From Sedimentisphaerales bacterium (lineage in GTDB: Bacteria > Planctomycetota > Phycisphaerae > Sedimentisphaerales > Anaerobacaceae), in contig JARYLO010000002.1 in NCBI GenBank assembly GCA_029907605.1, positions 11,030 to 75,029 on the forward strand: 64,000 bases of DNA, written 5' to 3'. Below, piece by piece: positions 60,280 to 64,000 of this stretch (position 1 is the first letter of the stretch; the number at the start of each line of letters is the position of its first letter). The position numbers and the translations under genes were made by a program. The notes beneath the pieces are model-generated. The model did no database searches, was not told where the DNA came from, and saw nothing but the letters and a program-made list of their open reading frames with translations.

Positions 60280-62478
60280 ATGGACACGGTGATCATAAGA
60301 CCTCCCAATAGTCTTGGAAGGGGTTTTGTCCCTGCACAGTATCTACCGGAGGGCAAGGATGGGTATTACCTCAGGAATATCCAGATAGGTAGGCCATTGG
60401 ATTCCTGGCGGCCGCTTAGTTCCTCAGAGGTGCAGATCCTCGTCGAGAACGGCAATAGTGCAGATAGCTGGGACGATGTCCTGGTTGCGGATCCATTTGA
60501 TCCTGTTCAGATACGCAATAGCCATTTCTTTGGCCTGGTACGTATAGGCAGGCTTTCCAATCTGGTCCTTGAGCATCACGACCTGCAGACCAGCACAGGC
60601 ATCACCAACAGTACGATCGTTGCCTGTGACATTGGAGATGACGTAGCCATACACAACTGCCGCTACCTGGCCCACTACATCATAGGCAATAGGTGCATAC
60701 TCTTGAACATAGATGAGATGTACACCACCAACCATGCAAGGTTCGGCAATGGCATAATCAAGGATGGTGAATCGGAGGATGCCCGGATATGGATAGACCT
60801 GGCAAATGAGCAAGGTGGCCGTGCGGTACTGCCATTCGAAGGGATGATCCCTGCCGACGCATACCTTTGGGCCAAATACAGGGATGACAAGGCATTGCAG
60901 ACAAGGCTATGCCAGATAACGCAGATGTCGTTCGATAGTCGTAGGGGCTACTACGGCACTGTAGGTGATCAGTGTGTCATAAAGAACTGCCGGACCATAA
61001 AGGACGTGAAGATCGGTTCCCACTGCTACATAAGAGGGGTAAATAGGCTGGAGAACCTCACTATTCGATCAAGTCAGACTGAGCCAACAGAGATAGGGGA
61101 TGGGGTGGAACTGGTCAACGGTATCGTAGGGTTGGGTAATAGGGTCTCTCTTGGATGCAAGGCAGTCAGCTTCGTCCTTGGCGACAACAGCTGTTTGGAA
61201 TATGGTGCGTGCCTGATACACTCATTCCTTGGTGACAATTCCACGGTATCGTGTTGCGAGATCCGCAACAGCCTCATATTCCCTGCGCATCAGCAACATC
61301 ACAACAACTCCTTCTTGATCGCTGCATGCATCCTTGGCCAGAGCAATCTTGCTGCTGGTGCAACGATAGGCTCAAACCACAACAGCCGCGCAAACGATGG
61401 TGAGGTGCTCGCAGGCAGGGGCTTTTGGCCAGGGCTCTGCACCAGCCTCAAGCACCCTTGCAGATTCGCGTCATTTGTGTTATTGGCCAAGGGCGACTAT
61501 CCTGCAGAGCTGAACATACCATTGCCATTCTCACTGCTGAACAACAATCCCTCAGAGGACCGATTAGAGCTGATGCCGGCCTATTGGTGGCTCCACAACA
61601 TGTATGCCCTGGTAAGGAATAGCTGGAAGTTCCGCCAGAGGGATAGGCGCCATACCAAGACCCAACACATCGAGTTTGACTACCTTGCCCCTGATACCGT
61701 AGAGGAGATACTTACGGCCATGGGGTTGATCGAGCAGTGGGTAGGCAAGGCATATGCCAGGATATGCGGTCAGAAGGTAGGCCACCAACATGTCCAGGAT
61801 CTTGCCTCAATGGGAAGGGATTTGCTGCGGACCATGCAGCAGACACCACATGATCTGGAGGTCTTAGCCGAGGACCTGGAGAGGTCCAACAGGAGGCAGG
61901 TCTTGCTGCGACCTGTGGAGGGTTACCACGCATATGAGCAGATGGTCTTTTACTATGCCGTCAAGAACCTGATCGAGTACCTGGAGGCAGACCCAGATGC
62001 AAGCTTTTCGACAATGGCCCGAACCTTGGCGGGTGAACGTCAGAAGACATGGGTCAACCTCGGAGGGCAACTGATAACTGGACCTGAGCTTGATCGGCTG
62101 CGGAGCGACATCGCGGAGGGCAGACTGGATAGTTGGGACCAGATCCATGCCAGGTACGATCAGCTCTGGGCCGCCTATCCACTGGCAAGACAGAGGCACG
62201 CCTGGGCCACGTTTTGTCATCTGTTGGGCCAAAGACCCAGCAGGGATCAGTGGCTTGAGGCATTGGACCGGGCCGCATCCATACAAGAGCTGATCTGCCA
62301 GAGGGTCTATCAGAGCCGCAAGAAGGACTTCGACAACCCATTCAGGCAGGCCACATACCGCAATGCCGAGGAGATGGCCGCAACCGTTGGCACTGTGGAT
62401 CAGGATCCCTTTGTCATGCAGATAAGGAAACAGACCCAGGACTTTGTCAGCAGGATAGAGAAGCTTAGGAACCGCTAG
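60280..62478 (+). CDS. DUF4954-like protein (left-handed beta-helix-like N-terminal half + helical C-terminal half)
   Basis: 732 aa. GATIGSNHNSRANDGEVLAGRGFWPGLCTSLKHPCRFASFVLLAKGDYPAELNIPLPFSLL matches my recollection of DUF4954 proteins. Hexapeptide-like turns lie upstream. Confidence 0.55.
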   Translation: MDTVIIRPPNSLGRGFVPAQYLPEGKDGYYLRNIQIGRPLDSWRPLSSSEVQILVENGNSADSWDDVLVADPFDPVQIRNSHFFGLVRIGRLSNLVLEHHDLQTSTGITNSTIVACDIGDDVAIHNCRYLAHYIIGNRCILLNIDEMYTTNHARFGNGIIKDGESEDARIWIDLANEQGGRAVLPFEGMIPADAYLWAKYRDDKALQTRLCQITQMSFDSRRGYYGTVGDQCVIKNCRTIKDVKIGSHCYIRGVNRLENLTIRSSQTEPTEIGDGVELVNGIVGLGNRVSLGCKAVSFVLGDNSCLEYGACLIHSFLGDNSTVSCCEIRNSLIFPAHQQHHNNSFLIAACILGQSNLAAGATIGSNHNSRANDGEVLAGRGFWPGLCTSLKHPCRFASFVLLAKGDYPAELNIPLPFSLLNNNPSEDRLELMPAYWWLHNMYALVRNSWKFRQRDRRHTKTQHIEFDYLAPDTVEEILTAMGLIEQWVGKAYARICGQKVGHQHVQDLASMGRDLLRTMQQTPHDLEVLAEDLERSNRRQVLLRPVEGYHAYEQMVFYYAVKNLIEYLEADPDASFSTMARTLAGERQKTWVNLGGQLITGPELDRLRSDIAEGRLDSWDQIHARYDQLWAAYPLARQRHAWATFCHLLGQRPSRDQWLEALDRAASIQELICQRVYQSRKKDFDNPFRQATYRNAEEMAATVGTVDQDPFVMQIRKQTQDFVSRIEKLRNR

Positions 62479-62531
62479 CAGGACAGGTTGGCGATGGGAG
62501 CAGGTGGCGGAATCTGCCGGCTGAGGTAGTC

Positions 62532-64000
62532 TTATTGGACGGTCACACTCTTGGCCAGATTCCTGGGCTTATCTACATCCAGTCCCCTCAGGACAGCTGC
62601 ATGATAGGCCAATAACTGTAGTGGTACCACGGTCAAGATCGGTTGTAGGATCTCTGGGGCATCGGGCACAGGGATCAAGAAGTCTGCATAAGGCCTTATC
62701 TGGTCATCACCTTCGGTAGCCAGCACGATCGTCCTGCCTCCACGCGATCTGACCTCATTGATGTTGCCGATGATCTTGTCGTATTGAGGTCCACGCGTGG
62801 CGATGAATACCGCCGGCATGCCATCGCTTATCAATGCTATAGGACCGTGCTTCATCTCTGCCGCAGGAAGACCCTCTGCATGGAGATAGCTGATCTCCTT
62901 GAGTTTCAGTGCACCCTCTAAGGCAATGGGGTAGTTAAAGCCTCGACCCAGAAAGAGCCAGTTGTTGTGGTCGATGTTGGCCTGTGCGATCTGGCGGATC
63001 TGGTCGGACTGGGATAGGATTCTTTCTATCTTGCCTGGGATCTGGGCCAGTTGTTCGATCCAGTATTCTACCTCAGCGCTTCCCAGGTGCCGCCTCCTGC
63101 CTAGCTCTATTGCGAGCATGGTAAGGACCGCAAGTTGCGCGGTGAATGCCTTTGTGCTTGCCACGCCTATCTCTGGCCCTGCGTGTAGGTAGACACCTGC
63201 ATCTGTGGCCCTGGCAATGGAGGAGCCAACCACATTCACTATACCCAGTACTGTGGCCCCTCTATCCTTGGCCTCCTCTACCGCCGCCATAGTATCCTGT
63301 GTCTCCCCGGATTGGCTGATGGCGATCACGAAGGTCCCATCCTCGATGATGGGGCTCCTGTAGCGGAACTCGCTGGCATACTCGGTCTCCGCCGGGATCC
63401 TTGCAAGGTACTCAATGAGATACTCACCTACCAGGCCTGCGTGGAAGGCGGTCCCGCAGCCTGTAAACACGATCCTCCTGGCACGTGTCAACTGCCGCAT
63501 GTACGAGGCCAGACCGCCCAGCACGATCCTACGGTCCCTTCTGTTGAGCCTGCCCTGCATGCAGGTGTTCAGCGCCTGTGGTTGTTCAAAGATCTCCTTG
63601 AGCATGTGATGGGCAAAACCACCGAGCTCTATCTGTTCAAGCGAGAATTCGATCTCTTGGAGATCCTTGCACACGGTCACGTTATCTATGGTCTTCGTGT
63701 GGAAGCCATCGCTGTCTATGGTCACCATCTCGTTATCAGCAAGATAGATGGCCCTTGTGGTGTGTTCGACTATGGCTGCCGCGTCGGATGCAAGGACGTA
63801 TTCACCGTCCCCGACACCCAAGATCAATGGACTTCCCTTCCTTGCGCCGATAAGCATCTTTGGAAAGTCGCTGCAGATGATCGCGAGGCCATAGGTGCCG
63901 TGCAGGCGTTGAAGTGCCTGTTGTACGGACCATTCAAAGACATTCTGGCCATTAGAGGGCCTTTGGTCAGAGCAGCCCTTGGTGTAGAAGTAGCCTATTA
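62532..64000 (-). CDS. glmS: Glutamine--fructose-6-phosphate aminotransferase, C-terminal ~490 aa (N-terminus beyond window end)
   Basis: It has two SIS domains (GCGTAFHAG, AISQSGETQDT, GVASTKAFT, EGALKLKEISY) and the characteristic C-terminal end PRNLAKSVTVQ. The reading frame continues open to nt 64000. Confidence 0.92.
   Translation of the reverse strand, partial: IGYFYTKGCSDQRPSNGQNVFEWSVQQALQRLHGTYGLAIICSDFPKMLIGARKGSPLILGVGDGEYVLASDAAAIVEHTTRAIYLADNEMVTIDSDGFHTKTIDNVTVCKDLQEIEFSLEQIELGGFAHHMLKEIFEQPQALNTCMQGRLNRRDRRIVLGGLASYMRQLTRARRIVFTGCGTAFHAGLVGEYLIEYLARIPAETEYASEFRYRSPIIEDGTFVIAISQSGETQDTMAAVEEAKDRGATVLGIVNVVGSSIARATDAGVYLHAGPEIGVASTKAFTAQLAVLTMLAIELGRRRHLGSAEVEYWIEQLAQIPGKIERILSQSDQIRQIAQANIDHNNWLFLGRGFNYPIALEGALKLKEISYLHAEGLPAAEMKHGPIALISDGMPAVFIATRGPQYDKIIGNINEVRSRGGRTIVLATEGDDQIRPYADFLIPVPDAPEILQPILTVVPLQLLAYHAAVLRGLDVDKPRNLAKSVTVQ

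Noticed and set aside
62479-62531. Possible terminator between the convergent DUF4954-like gene and glmS
   Set aside because: Only imperfect short complementarity is present (gcaggtggcgg / ctgccggctg) and there is no U-tract. The support is not good enough to annotate it.
1-64000. CRISPR arrays, tRNA/rRNA genes, transposases, integrases, phage or defence-system genes
   Set aside because: No regularly spaced direct repeats were seen. No cloverleaf-compatible sequence was found in any gap; for example gggttcagattc at about 32726 lacks matching stems. No ORF has recombinase, nuclease or ATPase defence signatures.

Overview
The window is a 64-kb, gene-dense stretch of bacterial chromosome with about 53% GC by eye. 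It contains no rRNA, tRNA, CRISPR array or obvious mobile element. Gene content points to a Planctomycetota-like organism. The evidence is two giant exoproteins with the planctomycete N-terminal (F/L)ExLExRxLLSA motif, many LamG/jelly-roll, PA14, Calx-beta and SBBP domains, and LPS heptose/Kdo genes.

The window has three parts.

1. nt 1-13736 is a co-directional, translationally coupled Wzx/Wzy glycan-assembly locus. It encodes a flippase, a polymerase, three GT4 glycosyltransferases, a GT26, a beta-helix protein and a WecA-like initiator. It also carries unusual accessory genes: a B12-binding radical SAM enzyme, a Cys-rich orphan, a FemAB-like transferase and a DUF3473-type deacetylase.

2. 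nt 13823-28211 holds two adjacent giant secreted-protein genes of 1,226 and about 3,490 aa. Together they carry six copies of a roughly 280-aa jelly-roll plus PKD-like supermodule. Other domains are a metzincin HExxHxxGxxH site, a Zn-phospholipase-C-like region, SBBP repeats, Calx-beta/NIDO-like/Calx-beta, and a second uncharacterised propeller-like array.

3. nt 28.3-64 kb is mostly housekeeping. Recognised genes are argG, a prepilin peptidase, an OmpA-like lipoprotein, alkaline phosphatase, comEC, a dksA-like gene, two receiver domains, a TIGR03960-type radical SAM, apbE, rpiB, a tsaC-LMW-PTP fusion, plsY, gmhA, hldE, an EF-G2-like paralog, pyrE, purB, an aldo/keto reductase, a PilZ protein, kdsC and partial glmS. 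Interspersed accessory genes are a PA14-Ig-LamG-dockerin-like exoprotein, an SGNH-TPR protein, a 651-aa LptC/LptA-like protein, and an SDR, a long NDP-sugar dehydrogenase and a DUF4954-like gene next to glmS.

The best candidates for undescribed biology are the sugar-modification module in the glycan locus, the giant-protein pair with its repeated module and a localised gene-conversion island, and the oversized OstA-like protein after kdsC. All domain calls come from reading motifs by eye. No database search was run.
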